Positions 26,299 to 35,566 are shown, counted from the first letter of the stretch. The stretch is DNA of 39,144 bases from a virus (IMGVR_UViG_3300042923_000511:1-39144), one strand, 5' to 3'. Numbers and translations are program-made. Notes: a model not told the origin generated them from the sequence alone.

Positions 26299-26858
26299 CT
26301 ATACCTCATCTGGAAAACTCATTGGAAGAACTACTCTTATATTTCTTCTGTCTTTTTCCTCGCGAATAATAATAGGGTCTCTTTTGTTTCTGCATTCAAG
26401 TATTACCTGGCTTCTTCCGCTTGCATTTTTTTAATTTCTTTTAATGCATCGATAAGCAAATCTGTATTTATACCTACTCTTGATGTAACTTCCTTTGATT
26501 CGTAGTTAGCAATCATTTTTTTGGTTTGATACCATTCTCCTTCTGGTTGTTTCACGCGAATACAATAATTAAGCATATCTATCATCACAATGTTACTATC
26601 TTTTATGATTTCAACCTTGTTACAATCGGTTTTCATGAAGGTAAACGGTTTTATATATGCAATGAAGTTTTCATCTGCTTGACACCTTATGTATTCCACC
26701 GCAATTCTGTGCCCGTCTAACGCTTCTACCCTAATCTCTTGTGTTTCGCTATTAACTTCCAAATAAATAAATTGCATCTTCTCTTGGTCTATTCTTGTGA
26801 AAGGTTTTAATGCTTTAATAACACGTTTAAATTCTTTCATATCAACTACAGCTTTCAT
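26299..26858 (-). pseudogene. Beta-sliding-clamp-like phage protein, frameshifted at an A7 run (26426-26432)
   Basis: ALDGHRIA and GIN.DLLIDALK motifs; one extra A restores ...QVILECRNKRDPIIIR...RVVLPM (186 aa). Confidence 0.6.
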
Positions 26859-26875
26859 ATATCCTCCTTTATTTG

Positions 26876-27031
26876 CTATAAAAAATCTTTTGGTTTATTA
26901 TTTACCGCCACCCAACTTTGGTCTAACTGTACTGGCTTAAATTCAAACATCACAGTACCGTATTTTGTAGGCAATGGTTGTGATATATAATTGTCTGTCG
27001 GCTTGTATGTAATTCCTGTTTTATTGTTCAT
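26876..27031 (-). CDS. 51-aa hypothetical protein; not in the ORF track
   Basis: RBS GGAGG; fills the gap. Confidence 0.55.
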   Translation of the reverse strand: MNNKTGITYKPTDNYISQPLPTKYGTVMFEFKPVQLDQSWVAVNNKPKDFL

Positions 27032-27999
27032 TTTGACCTCCTATAAAATCGTTGATTGACATTTGACCTTCGATATTTTTATCCTCCATCCACCAATCAA
27101 ACACTCCTTGCGCGTTTTTCCATCCAATAACATCTTTACATCCACACTGGTCGCGATATTTAAGCATCCTATCAAATGTGTTTATATATAATTGTTTATA
27201 TTTTGGATATTTAGCGAATTCTTCTTCTCTTCCTTTTCCACTCATTGGGCACCCTATGCATCCTATTCTTCCGCATCCTCCAGAGAATCCGTTTTTATAA
27301 AGAGGATTTATTTCTATTTTTTCATGTCGAATGTACCACCACAAATATTCGTCATCCCAATTCAAAATTGGATTTATAAGTGTTTTGCTTGTCCGATAGC
27401 AATTTTCAACCGCTCTATGAGCTTCTGAATTTTCGTAATTTAGAACTATCACCCCCCCCTTTGTTTGTTAAGTGAAAATTTACATTATTGCTATTTTCTT
27501 CTGTGCCATCAATCGATATCTGTCCGTTTATAATGCTTTTATGTTGTTTAATTCCATCAACATAACCTTTAATTTCTTTCGTAGGCTTAGTAAATGTAAT
27601 AATCCCTTGATTCTCGCTTCTGTTTCTGCTTTCAAATTTTCTTACTCCTGTAATTACCTTTTTACCGATTCCACTGTATTCCTTTAAGTCAGCGCAACAG
27701 TATCTCATTTTTCTTGTGGGTGGTGTCTTGTGCCTTACAATAAGTTGCCACATCGTTTCTTTTGGATACTCAACAATTATCTCTCCACGCTTTACCTTTT
27801 CTCTTATATAGTAGACCGTTTCAGGAGCATCTACTGTCGTGTGATTATGTACTGCTATATATTTCACACCACTTTTTCTCGCTAGATGGAGGATTACATC
27901 CGAATCTTTTCCTCCGCTATATCCAAGCTGATACGGTTCATCACTCGAAAAATTTTTAAGTATATCGATAGCTTGTTTTTCTAAGTCCGATTTAATCAC
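27021..27999 (-). pseudogene. PAPS-reductase-family protein split by a frameshift in a G8 tract (27452-27459)
   Basis: YSGGKDS, YCC..LKE and TGVRKFES motifs in the 5' half; NPILNW and RIGCIGCP in the 3' half; G7 would give one 325-aa ORF. Confidence 0.85.
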
Positions 28000-28238
28000 C
28001 CTCCTATAAAATCCATAATTGACATTTGACCTGGTAATTGTTCATCTGTGCACCAACTTTTATAAACTGGATATAGCCAATATTCTTGACCGTTAGAAAA
28101 GTATTGCGGTATAATGCCGAACTGTTCGCCATTTTTAAATAAAACTTCTCTCCCGTCTAAAATATCAATACAATCATGCAATTGCCTTTTGATTCCACAG
28201 GGCGCATTTTCTAAAAATTTATCCTTGCTGAATACCAT
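27996..28238 (-). CDS. Hypothetical protein with C-terminal QLPGQMSIMDF
   Basis: RBS GGAG; overlaps the next start. Confidence 0.7.
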   Translation of the reverse strand: MVFSKDKFLENAPCGIKRQLHDCIDILDGREVLFKNGEQFGIIPQYFSNGQEYWLYPVYKSWCTDEQLPGQMSIMDFIGG

Positions 28239-28247
28239 AAGTCACTC

Positions 28248-29879
28248 CTATGCAAATCTTAATTGTTGTTGACTATCATCAATGCTCATGTTTGGTATGC
28301 GTTCGCCTACTTTTAAGTTACTGCAATTTGCTTCTACAAGAACCTGTGACACAATAGGAACGACACTATTTCCTATTCGTTCTACCTGTTTACTTTTTGG
28401 ATATGGCTTCCCGCCCTTTGTTTTAAAATCTATAATGTAATCACTTGGGAATCCATTTCCTAGTTTTAATTCTTCTGGTTCGAGCATCCTAAGGAAGATG
28501 TCTAATATTGCGTATTCGTTGCCCATGACAGTAATTAATGCAAATCTATCCTTAGTTACAACTGTATGTAATGGGTCGTTTACTGTCTGCCCAATGCCGC
28601 AACCGTAATATTCCATGATAAATTGTGATACCCAGGTACATTTCTGCGCTGTTTCAGTATCAACACCATTTTCTATTAATTGCTTATAGTCAACTGCAAA
28701 AATTGAAACTTGTCCAAAATGTCCCGCACTGGTCGTGATGGTATGTATTGGTTCTAGCAGCGATTGACCGCTACCGCTTTTATAAAATTTTGTAAGGAAC
28801 GCCGCTACCAATGCATACCTTGGTGATGTATCGATTGTCATAATAGGCTCTGTTACTGATTGCCCTCTGACCTCTTTCTTTGTAGTTTCTGAATGGTATT
28901 GAATAATCATTAGTGAACATAGATAATGTTTTCCGCTTGTTACAATGGTTCCAAGTGGAGACTCAATATCATTTACTCTTGGCGCTTGTCCTTCACGTTC
29001 TCCATATCCAATAGGTACTATGCAAGGTGATATTAAGCAGTGCTCATTCTTTGTTACTATGGTTGATAGTGGGTCGTGTACCGAACGATTTCTATCTTGT
29101 GTAAATCCCGTCTGACCAATCTGCATTATAAATGGCTCCGGATTATTAAATACAAACTTATCCATTCCCCTTGCAATCCGATTCATAGTTTTATCTGCCA
29201 GTGGCTTTTTACGTTCAAAAATTGATTTACCCAAGTTAGTAAAATCAAGATAATTAGCAATTGGTTCCCACTTCTTAAGTCCATTTACTCCAAATTTATT
29301 ATGAGTTTGTTCCGGCCATACAATAGGCTTTCCGTCTCTTCTAAAAATTGCATACCACCGTTTTCTAGTAGTCGGCGCTCCATAATCAGCAGCTATTAAC
29401 TCTCTGCTATCAAACTCGTACCCCAGGCTTTTCATTGCATTAATAAATTTATTGTAATCTTCGCCTTTGCGTTCCTTGATTGGGTATCCCTCTTTATCAA
29501 GCGGTCCCCAGTCCTGTATTTCTTCTACATTCTCCATTAAGATTACATCCGGTAAAATCGCCTTGGCATGTTTATATACTGCCCAAGGAAGAATTCTTAA
29601 TCCTTTTTCTCTTGGCTTGCCGCCTTTTGCCTTGCTATGGCTTGTACAATCTGGACTAGCCCACATTAAAGATACGTGTTGACCTTTTGTGTATTTTAAG
29701 ATATCTACTTTAAAAATATCTTCCTGGACATGTAACGTATCCGGATGGTTAACCTCATGCATGGCTATGGCATCTGGGTCATGATTAATTGCTATGTCTA
29801 CTGGTCTACCTAATGCCATTTCGATTCCCACGGAAGCACCGCCTCCACCGGCAAAACAATCTATAATTAAATCTCGCAT
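28248..29879 (-). CDS. Orphan C5-cytosine DNA methyltransferase
   Basis: FAGGGG, SPDC, ENV, TTRKR and IGNSV motifs; start moved to ATG 29879 (RBS AGGGGTGA). Confidence 0.93.
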   Translation of the reverse strand: MRDLIIDCFAGGGGASVGIEMALGRPVDIAINHDPDAIAMHEVNHPDTLHVQEDIFKVDILKYTKGQHVSLMWASPDCTSHSKAKGGKPREKGLRILPWAVYKHAKAILPDVILMENVEEIQDWGPLDKEGYPIKERKGEDYNKFINAMKSLGYEFDSRELIAADYGAPTTRKRWYAIFRRDGKPIVWPEQTHNKFGVNGLKKWEPIANYLDFTNLGKSIFERKKPLADKTMNRIARGMDKFVFNNPEPFIMQIGQTGFTQDRNRSVHDPLSTIVTKNEHCLISPCIVPIGYGEREGQAPRVNDIESPLGTIVTSGKHYLCSLMIIQYHSETTKKEVRGQSVTEPIMTIDTSPRYALVAAFLTKFYKSGSGQSLLEPIHTITTSAGHFGQVSIFAVDYKQLIENGVDTETAQKCTWVSQFIMEYYGCGIGQTVNDPLHTVVTKDRFALITVMGNEYAILDIFLRMLEPEELKLGNGFPSDYIIDFKTKGGKPYPKSKQVERIGNSVVPIVSQVLVEANCSNLKVGERIPNMSIDDSQQQLRFA

Positions 29880-29892
29880 TAACTCACCCTTT

Positions 29893-30228
29893 CTATACCT
29901 TTGTAAATTTCTTGCCATAAGTGCCAAGTAGTTTTGCATTAATTGATTTCCATAGCCTTGGATGGCTTGCAACTCTGTCCCATTCTTCAAGCAGTGGATC
30001 GTATTTAATTTTTACCGGTTCTTCCTGTGCGTAGAAAAACTCGCCTGTCTTGATAATCATAAATTTACCTTTTACGCGCCCACCTCTAATAATTGCGTTT
30101 TGTATTCCTTTGTAGCTTGTTTTTGTATAGGCTGCTGCATCGTTTATAGTACCGCCCTCTACCACTATTTGATTGGTAATGGTATTTATTACATTGACTT
30201 TAATTTTTGGTTTATTGGTTATTCCCAT
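29893..30228 (-). CDS. Hypothetical protein with a NUMOD1-like HTH
   Basis: GTINDAAAYTKTSYKGIQNAI. Confidence 0.6.
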   Translation of the reverse strand: MGITNKPKIKVNVINTITNQIVVEGGTINDAAAYTKTSYKGIQNAIIRGGRVKGKFMIIKTGEFFYAQEEPVKIKYDPLLEEWDRVASHPRLWKSINAKLLGTYGKKFTKV

Positions 30229-30232
30229 TGAT

Positions 30233-30952
30233 TTATCGCCCCCTGTTTAATAATTTTTGTTCCATTGTTTCGTAGTCGGAACCGGTATATTCTCGCTCCG
30301 GGAAGTTATGAATTTTTTGATTAATTGGATTGGTTTGTGATTTATCTTTTTTATCTCTTTCCCAAGTTCTAACACATGCTTTCCAGTCTTTCATTTTATT
30401 TTTCCCTACCATCCATCCTTTAGAAGAATAAAAATCAATAAAGCGTTCTGCATCTACGTTGTTACTGCGTTCATTGCAATATTTTTTTACTTCTTCAAGT
30501 GTTGGTGGAGTGAAACGACTACTATTCTTTATATTATCCTTATCTATACTATCCTTACCTAACCTAACCTGTGTATCCATAGTGGATACATTCTGTATAC
30601 ATTCGTTACTTTCGAGTTTATATGCCTTATTTTCGTCAAGCGAAAGAAGTGCTTTTTCCTCTTTGTATTTGGTTTCATTGTATCGGTCGTTCTGTATGTA
30701 GTTGTGAATCTTCCAATGTTTTATCACTACTATTCCAGTATCAAAAGGAATAATAAATCTTTTGCTTATAAGGATCCTCAAATCATCATCCTTACATCCA
30801 ACCATTCGCATTATTGTCTTAGGCTTATTAATAAAACCATCATCATCTGCCCTCATTGATAAGTGAAAATATAAAAGTTGTGAGGACTGCGGCATTTCTA
30901 AAAAAGCGTCTGAATCAATTATTGTTTTCGCAAACATTCTACGTTCTGCCAT
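30233..30952 (-). CDS. Phage replication initiator (replisome organizer)
   Basis: MAERRMFAKTIIDSDAFLEMP..SQ.LYFHL...ADDDGF; FTPPTLEEV...FIDFYSSKGW; start moved to 30952. Confidence 0.9.
   Translation of the reverse strand: MAERRMFAKTIIDSDAFLEMPQSSQLLYFHLSMRADDDGFINKPKTIMRMVGCKDDDLRILISKRFIIPFDTGIVVIKHWKIHNYIQNDRYNETKYKEEKALLSLDENKAYKLESNECIQNVSTMDTQVRLGKDSIDKDNIKNSSRFTPPTLEEVKKYCNERSNNVDAERFIDFYSSKGWMVGKNKMKDWKACVRTWERDKKDKSQTNPINQKIHNFPEREYTGSDYETMEQKLLNRGR
30535..30602. other. Probable replication origin (iterons) inside the initiator gene
   Basis: TGTATCCA, TGGATACA and TGTATACA repeats plus ACCTA/TATCCTT repeats in the linker-coding region. Confidence 0.5.
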
Positions 30953-31259
30953 TTGACCACTCCCTATATAATTCCATCCAATCATCAAACGTCATTGTTA
31001 CTAACCATTCAGAACGATCTTTTCGGTGAAATACTACAGGCTTACTATTGCCTTTATTATCTCTTTTGGATTGATCCATAGCATTGTATAGATTCAATTT
31101 TTCAACCCTTTTACATTCAATATGTATACCAGGTAATCCAACCACATCATCACCTTCTAATCCGTTATACTGTTGACCTCTGCGTGTGTCATAACCATAG
31201 TCTTTTAATTTATTTGCAAGCTCACGTTCTCCGCGAGCACCTTTTTGTTTACTATTCAT
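30939..31259 (-). CDS. Holliday junction resolvase-like PD-(D/E)xK nuclease
   Basis: SKQKGARGERELA...D......IECKR. Confidence 0.85.
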   Translation of the reverse strand: MNSKQKGARGERELANKLKDYGYDTRRGQQYNGLEGDDVVGLPGIHIECKRVEKLNLYNAMDQSKRDNKGNSKPVVFHRKDRSEWLVTMTFDDWMELYREWSNGRT

Positions 31260-31369
31260 TGTTCTCCTTTCTCCAGGATAGCATGGCTACTACCCTGGTT
31301 TGGATAAAGAGGTTTTAGTATGTTTCGTGATATGCAATACTAAACAACTATGTAGGTTAACGAGTTACT

Positions 31370-31660
31370 CTATAGCCAAGACTTGCCAAATTCTAATATA
31401 AAGTCGATGCGCGACCCTATATTTTCTTCGTAGTAAGTCTGCGCCAACTGTTTAAATTGTAAATCTAATTTTCTATTGCCTCTATGTACTGCGTCATTGC
31501 TATCTGTGTGCCATCTAGGATGCAATGGAAGTATAAACCCATACTTCTCTGATTTACTTCTATTTGAGCCAAAGAATACATGATGGATGGCTACTACATT
31601 ACTCCCACACAGGTAACAATGCTCCAAATCATCTGTAAGTACACTAAATAGCTTTTTCAT
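31370..31660 (-). CDS. HNH-like Zn-binding recombination-associated protein
   Basis: CYLCG...HHVFFG..R..SEKYG...L...H...H. Confidence 0.7.
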   Translation of the reverse strand: MKKLFSVLTDDLEHCYLCGSNVVAIHHVFFGSNRSKSEKYGFILPLHPRWHTDSNDAVHRGNRKLDLQFKQLAQTYYEENIGSRIDFILEFGKSWL

Positions 31661-32190
31661 TCAACACCCCACAATGCTTTTAGATGTCCTAATTCATCCG
31701 GTGAAAGTGTCTCAATACCTAATTCCTTGCACTCGCTAACTACTCCATCAATTAGCACACTCATTTCTTTTGTGTCGTATGTACTGGAACCGTAATAACA
31801 AAGCATCTGTACCGCCTCTGTTCCATTTACATTAATTTCTCCAACTTCCTCACATTCTCGCCATTGCTTTTTAACTCCATCAACAGCATTTTGCTTAACC
31901 ACTATGTATGTAAATTGGCCATATCGTTTAAGCATTTGGAGATATACGGACCATTTATCAGTCCGTAATACCTCTGCTATCTTTTGAAGTAGTACCCATA
32001 AGTAAGCGTTCGCGTCTAAGCTTCGCTTTTCTCTGTATTGGACAGCCTTAATGCGTAATTTTTTACAGTCTTTTAATTTTTCATACTCTGGCAATATTAG
32101 TGACTTTTCATTTGCGGAAAAAATAATGTTTAATTCTCCTGTAACAAAGTCATTTGTTATGCCTTTAATCTGACCTGTAAATTCCATCAA
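31657..32190 (-). CDS. NinB-like recombination protein
   Basis: KRSLDANAYLWVL..KIA...GSSTYDTKEMSVLIDGVV.EC.ELGI. Confidence 0.8.
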   Translation of the reverse strand: MMEFTGQIKGITNDFVTGELNIIFSANEKSLILPEYEKLKDCKKLRIKAVQYREKRSLDANAYLWVLLQKIAEVLRTDKWSVYLQMLKRYGQFTYIVVKQNAVDGVKKQWRECEEVGEINVNGTEAVQMLCYYGSSTYDTKEMSVLIDGVVSECKELGIETLSPDELGHLKALWGVE

Positions 32191-32195
32191 ATCAC

Positions 32196-32798
32196 CTATT
32201 TTTTAATTTTTTCTAAATTCTTTATAGCTTCTACATATTGCTGTTTCGTTAATTGCTCCACTGGCACCTTAAATACTTTTGTTACGTCTAGCCCTTTATT
32301 AATGCAAAGATTTTTTAAAACCACTGCTTCATTTGCTGTAATTATTTCAGGCTCTTTTAATGTGCTCTTATCATATTTGGTCTTATCTGCTTGCCAGTAA
32401 ACATCGGCTCCTATGCCCAATTGTTTACATGCTACAGATATTGCATCGGTTGTCGCCATTTTGTAACATTCGTCAGATACATAAGGACCACTTTTTTCTT
32501 TTGCAACAAACATGCTGCCGCCAGTACCTGATATTGGCATTGACCACTCATTATCTATTTTTATGTACATTTCTATGTCTACAAAGGCGGCTATTTCACT
32601 TTCGTAACGTTCAAGCCATTTATTAACTATTTTGTAGTACCACCCGATTCCACAAGGGCCAAATTGTTCGGTTAAAGCCTTTATTCTCCACATAGGGTTA
32701 ATGTCAGTCTTGCCATTCATTCTGCCGCCTTTAATTTCTTTTTTGGCTGTTTCTGGCACCACTCTAAACAGGTCATAAATTTCAAGATTCGATTTCAT
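32196..32798 (-). CDS. Rad52/Sak-like single-strand annealing protein
   Basis: DINPMWRIKALTEQFGPCGIGW...K.A.TDA....CKQLGIG.DVY. Confidence 0.8.
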   Translation of the reverse strand: MKSNLEIYDLFRVVPETAKKEIKGGRMNGKTDINPMWRIKALTEQFGPCGIGWYYKIVNKWLERYESEIAAFVDIEMYIKIDNEWSMPISGTGGSMFVAKEKSGPYVSDECYKMATTDAISVACKQLGIGADVYWQADKTKYDKSTLKEPEIITANEAVVLKNLCINKGLDVTKVFKVPVEQLTKQQYVEAIKNLEKIKK

Positions 32799-32801
32799 TA
32801 A

Positions 32802-33731
32802 TTAATCAACCCTTTCGTAATCAACTCCAATACTTTGCAGATACATTTCAATTTGTTTTAACTCTTCTGGCGTAGCTTCAACATTAAAAGTAGCTACACA
32901 TAATCTTGATGCATTTGTTTGTTTTTGTACTTCCATGGCTTCATGTTCAGCTTTTATCTGTGCTGCCTGCTGTGCTGCAGCCATTATTCTTTCCTCTACC
33001 CTTATTCGCTCTTCCTGTGCGATACGTTCTCTTTCTTCACGTCTTATACGTTCTCTTTCAGCTTCAAGCTCTCTCTCTCGTTCACGCTTCTGCTGTTCTT
33101 CCATACGTGCTTGAATTTCTTTCTTTTGCTGTTCATAGCGGTTTATGTAAGCAATGGATTTTGTTAAATCTAAGTCATGCCAGTACATTTCTAAGGCTTC
33201 ATCCGTTTTATCAGTAATCATGCCTTTAATGATACCTACCGCTTGTCTTATGGATTCAAGTTTACCGATAATATCACTTCTGATAGACTTAATACTGGTT
33301 GCTGTGTTTTCCCATTTATCATCATAGATGGAGGCAAGTGAAATATTTTCTTGTAGATCACCAATTAATTCATCAAAAATTTTATTGATCTCCGCTTTTT
33401 TCTCTAGTCTTTGTTTTTCTTCGAACTCTTTTACCTGGTTATCAAGCGTGTTAATAGGTGTGTTAATTATTTCAATTAAATCCTTTACCTTTTCCTCGAA
33501 TGATAAGTACGGTTTCAAGCACTCATTTTTAACCTCTATGCGCTTTTCGTTAACTGCCTTTATCATTTTGCGTAACGTTGCAATATCATTTTTTCTTTCC
33601 TTTTTATTAGATTCAGTTACTTCTAATTCGTTATAAACCTGCATCTGATCTGATAAAGCGGTTTTTATTTCATCAAAGTTAGTTTTGATTACTCCTAATT
33701 CTTGACTTATTACTATTTGCATTTCATTCAT
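32802..33731 (-). CDS. DUF1351-like coiled-coil protein
   Basis: NFDEIK...IATLRK...R.EVK...KPY..FE; upstream of the SSAP. Confidence 0.8.
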   Translation of the reverse strand: MNEMQIVISQELGVIKTNFDEIKTALSDQMQVYNELEVTESNKKERKNDIATLRKMIKAVNEKRIEVKNECLKPYLSFEEKVKDLIEIINTPINTLDNQVKEFEEKQRLEKKAEINKIFDELIGDLQENISLASIYDDKWENTATSIKSIRSDIIGKLESIRQAVGIIKGMITDKTDEALEMYWHDLDLTKSIAYINRYEQQKKEIQARMEEQQKRERERELEAERERIRREERERIAQEERIRVEERIMAAAQQAAQIKAEHEAMEVQKQTNASRLCVATFNVEATPEELKQIEMYLQSIGVDYERVD

Positions 33732-33919
33732 TTATTTTCATCCTCCTGATAAAATGGTAAATTCTTAATTTCAATATTTTCTAATTCTCTCTGATGCCTT
33801 TTATGTATGCGCTTATATTTATCAATCTCACTCTCGTAGGCGTCATCTGTTAATTCATTATCCGACACACTAAGCCTCCTTAATGCGAATAAGGATGTGA
33901 TTATACAAGAATGTATCAA
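33728..33919 (-). CDS. Small hypothetical protein (true start probably the internal GTG, about 46 aa)
   Basis: Internal RBS AGGAGG before GTG-TCG-GAT. Confidence 0.5.
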   Translation of the reverse strand: MIHSCIITSLFALRRLSVSDNELTDDAYESEIDKYKRIHKRHQRELENIEIKNLPFYQEDENK

Positions 33920-33984
33920 TCATGCGATTAACATATTCAATAGTTCCTCTGCCCTCATACCACCATTCTCCATCAATAAATTTT

Positions 33985-34155
33985 TCAACTATGTATTCCA
34001 ATATTTTCACCTGTCATCAATGTTATTTGACCATCACTAGACTGCGTAAATAATGCCATTAGCTGATTCAATTTGATTTCCTTTTCGTCAAAGCAGCTGC
34101 ATTTTTCGCCAAAGTCCAATGACGCGCCACAATGTTCACATTCTATAAATTTCAT
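33985..34155 (-). CDS. 56-aa Zn-finger protein (CEHCGASLDFGEKCSC); not in the ORF track
   Basis: RBS GGAGA; common phage CxxCG..LD.GE.CxC motif. Confidence 0.7.
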   Translation of the reverse strand: MKFIECEHCGASLDFGEKCSCFDEKEIKLNQLMALFTQSSDGQITLMTGENIGIHS

Positions 34156-34183
34156 TTACATGTTTCTCCTGCCGTGTTATAAT
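34155..34183 (+). promoter_or_regulatory. Antisense sigma-A promoter in the early operon
   Basis: TTTACA-17nt-TATAAT with a TG extended -10. Confidence 0.6.
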
Positions 34184-34341
34184 GCACTTGAACTTTTATT
34201 TATTGGCTCGACTTGGTACTCCAATACCTGTCGAGCTTTTCTTCTGCTTGTACAATGCGGACATTCGTAGCCAGTTGGTGGTATCCTCTGCTTAATGCTG
34301 ACACACCAGGATAATCCGCAGTAACCACAGCTCATTTTCAT
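34177..34341 (-). CDS. 54-aa Zn-ribbon protein (CGYCG...CPHC); not in the ORF track
   Basis: RBS AAGGAG; two CxxC motifs. Confidence 0.6.
   Translation of the reverse strand: MKMSCGYCGLSWCVSIKQRIPPTGYECPHCTSRRKARQVLEYQVEPINKSSSAL
34205..34244 (+). terminator. Terminator for the antisense transcript
   Basis: GGCTCGAC-tt-GGTA-ctccaa-TACC-t-GTCGAGCT-TTTCTT. Confidence 0.6.
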
Positions 34342-34355
34342 AGCCATGCTCCTTT

Positions 34356-34553
34356 CTAATTGTCATAAATTGAATCTAAAACCTTATAACATATGTAACT
34401 TAATCCGACAAACGCAAACAACACGATGCAGCTTAATATTGCATTCAGTGGCGTTATAAGGTCTCGCTCTAGGTTTCCCAGCCTGCCAATTACAGCTGTT
34501 ATGGATAAGAAACCAGTAAAGCCGAAGAAATACTTTAGATTGCGTTTTATCAT
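34356..34553 (-). CDS. Small two-TM membrane protein
   Basis: Start moved to ATG 34553 (RBS GGAGG); two hydrophobic stretches. Confidence 0.65.
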   Translation of the reverse strand: MIKRNLKYFFGFTGFLSITAVIGRLGNLERDLITPLNAILSCIVLFAFVGLSYICYKVLDSIYDN

Positions 34554-34807
34554 GGCTTGCCCTCCACTGAATCGGCTAGTTCTAATTGTTCTCTGCACAT
34601 GTCATACGTTCCACAATGATTTAAATTGCTGCATGGATTTGATGTTGTTAAGGTTTCATTAAACGTTATTCCAAAAACATCATCATTACTGCCATCATTC
34701 GCCCAATGCGTATTTTTTATTGTGCCTGTCCACCCAACCTGAATATTAGTTTCGTCGGTATCAACTTTTTCCAATGCTATAACTTTTACTTTGTCTCCTA
34801 TTTTCAT
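34550..34807 (-). CDS. Small SH3/KOW-like hypothetical protein
   Basis: MKIGDKVKV...GWTGTI; RBS GGAGG. Confidence 0.7.
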   Translation of the reverse strand: MKIGDKVKVIALEKVDTDETNIQVGWTGTIKNTHWANDGSNDDVFGITFNETLTTSNPCSNLNHCGTYDMCREQLELADSVEGKP

Positions 34808-34822
34808 AAGCTTGCCTCCCTT

Positions 34823-35554
34823 CTATGCAATATTTATCTGAGAATTAACATCATCAATAAGTATCCTTGTATTAGTACATGGTTGCCATCTTCTGATATA
34901 GACGCATGCTTCTTCAAATTTTAGCTTAGGTATATTATTCCTGCTGTTTACGTTGAAATGGTCTTTTAAGTCCCTGTTGCATTCAGAAAATACCTTTTTA
35001 GATACTTCTTTATATGCGTTACTTTCTTTTCCTCCTAGAGCAGTAATCACGACATTGTTTACTAGCTTTTCCAATACCAATTGCTGACCATAATCAATCA
35101 CCATGTTATTTTCTAGCTTGTCCACCCTTTTATCAGTGTCGGAAATATGTTGCACTACTGCCTGGATTTTTTTATCGTGCATGATTAAGGCTTGCATTTC
35201 TGTTGTTAATTCGGCAAATATATTAACTGGTTTAAAATAACTTTCCACCAATTCGTCGTATACTTCCCATGCCTTATCTGTGTTTAATGATTTTGCATGA
35301 AGAAAAGCTCCTTTTTCTGTCCATAGGTAAAGCTGATTTACTCGAAGTAACGATTCGTCATATTGACGATTTGTTTTAAATTCTTTTAGATCTTCGCCTT
35401 GTAACAATATGTAATGTTTTCCTTCTTGGTATCTATCCTGATTTCTTGTGAAATTTTTCGAAATCACTTTGCTATCTGTTTCATAGCTTTCTGCTAATTG
35501 TTGAGTTGTTAAAACTCTTGTTTCTTTAAATTCTGTTACTGCAAGATTATTCAA
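34823..35554 (-). CDS. Phage antirepressor-like protein (ORF6N + ORF6C domains)
   Basis: RVLTTQQLAESY...NF.RN..RY.EGKHY...LYLWTEKGA..HAKSLNTDKAW; C-terminal F.V....IP...FEEA..YI..W.P. Confidence 0.88.
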   Translation of the reverse strand: MNNLAVTEFKETRVLTTQQLAESYETDSKVISKNFTRNQDRYQEGKHYILLQGEDLKEFKTNRQYDESLLRVNQLYLWTEKGAFLHAKSLNTDKAWEVYDELVESYFKPVNIFAELTTEMQALIMHDKKIQAVVQHISDTDKRVDKLENNMVIDYGQQLVLEKLVNNVVITALGGKESNAYKEVSKKVFSECNRDLKDHFNVNSRNNIPKLKFEEACVYIRRWQPCTNTRILIDDVNSQINIA

Positions 35555-35566
35555 ATAAAATTCCTC

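Noticed and set aside
4548-34924. Numerous plus-strand ORFs of 60-170 aa opposite phage genes (e.g. 10615-11112, 13170-13679, 16799-17158)
   Set aside because: Antisense shadows of well-supported minus-strand genes; no RBS or motifs.
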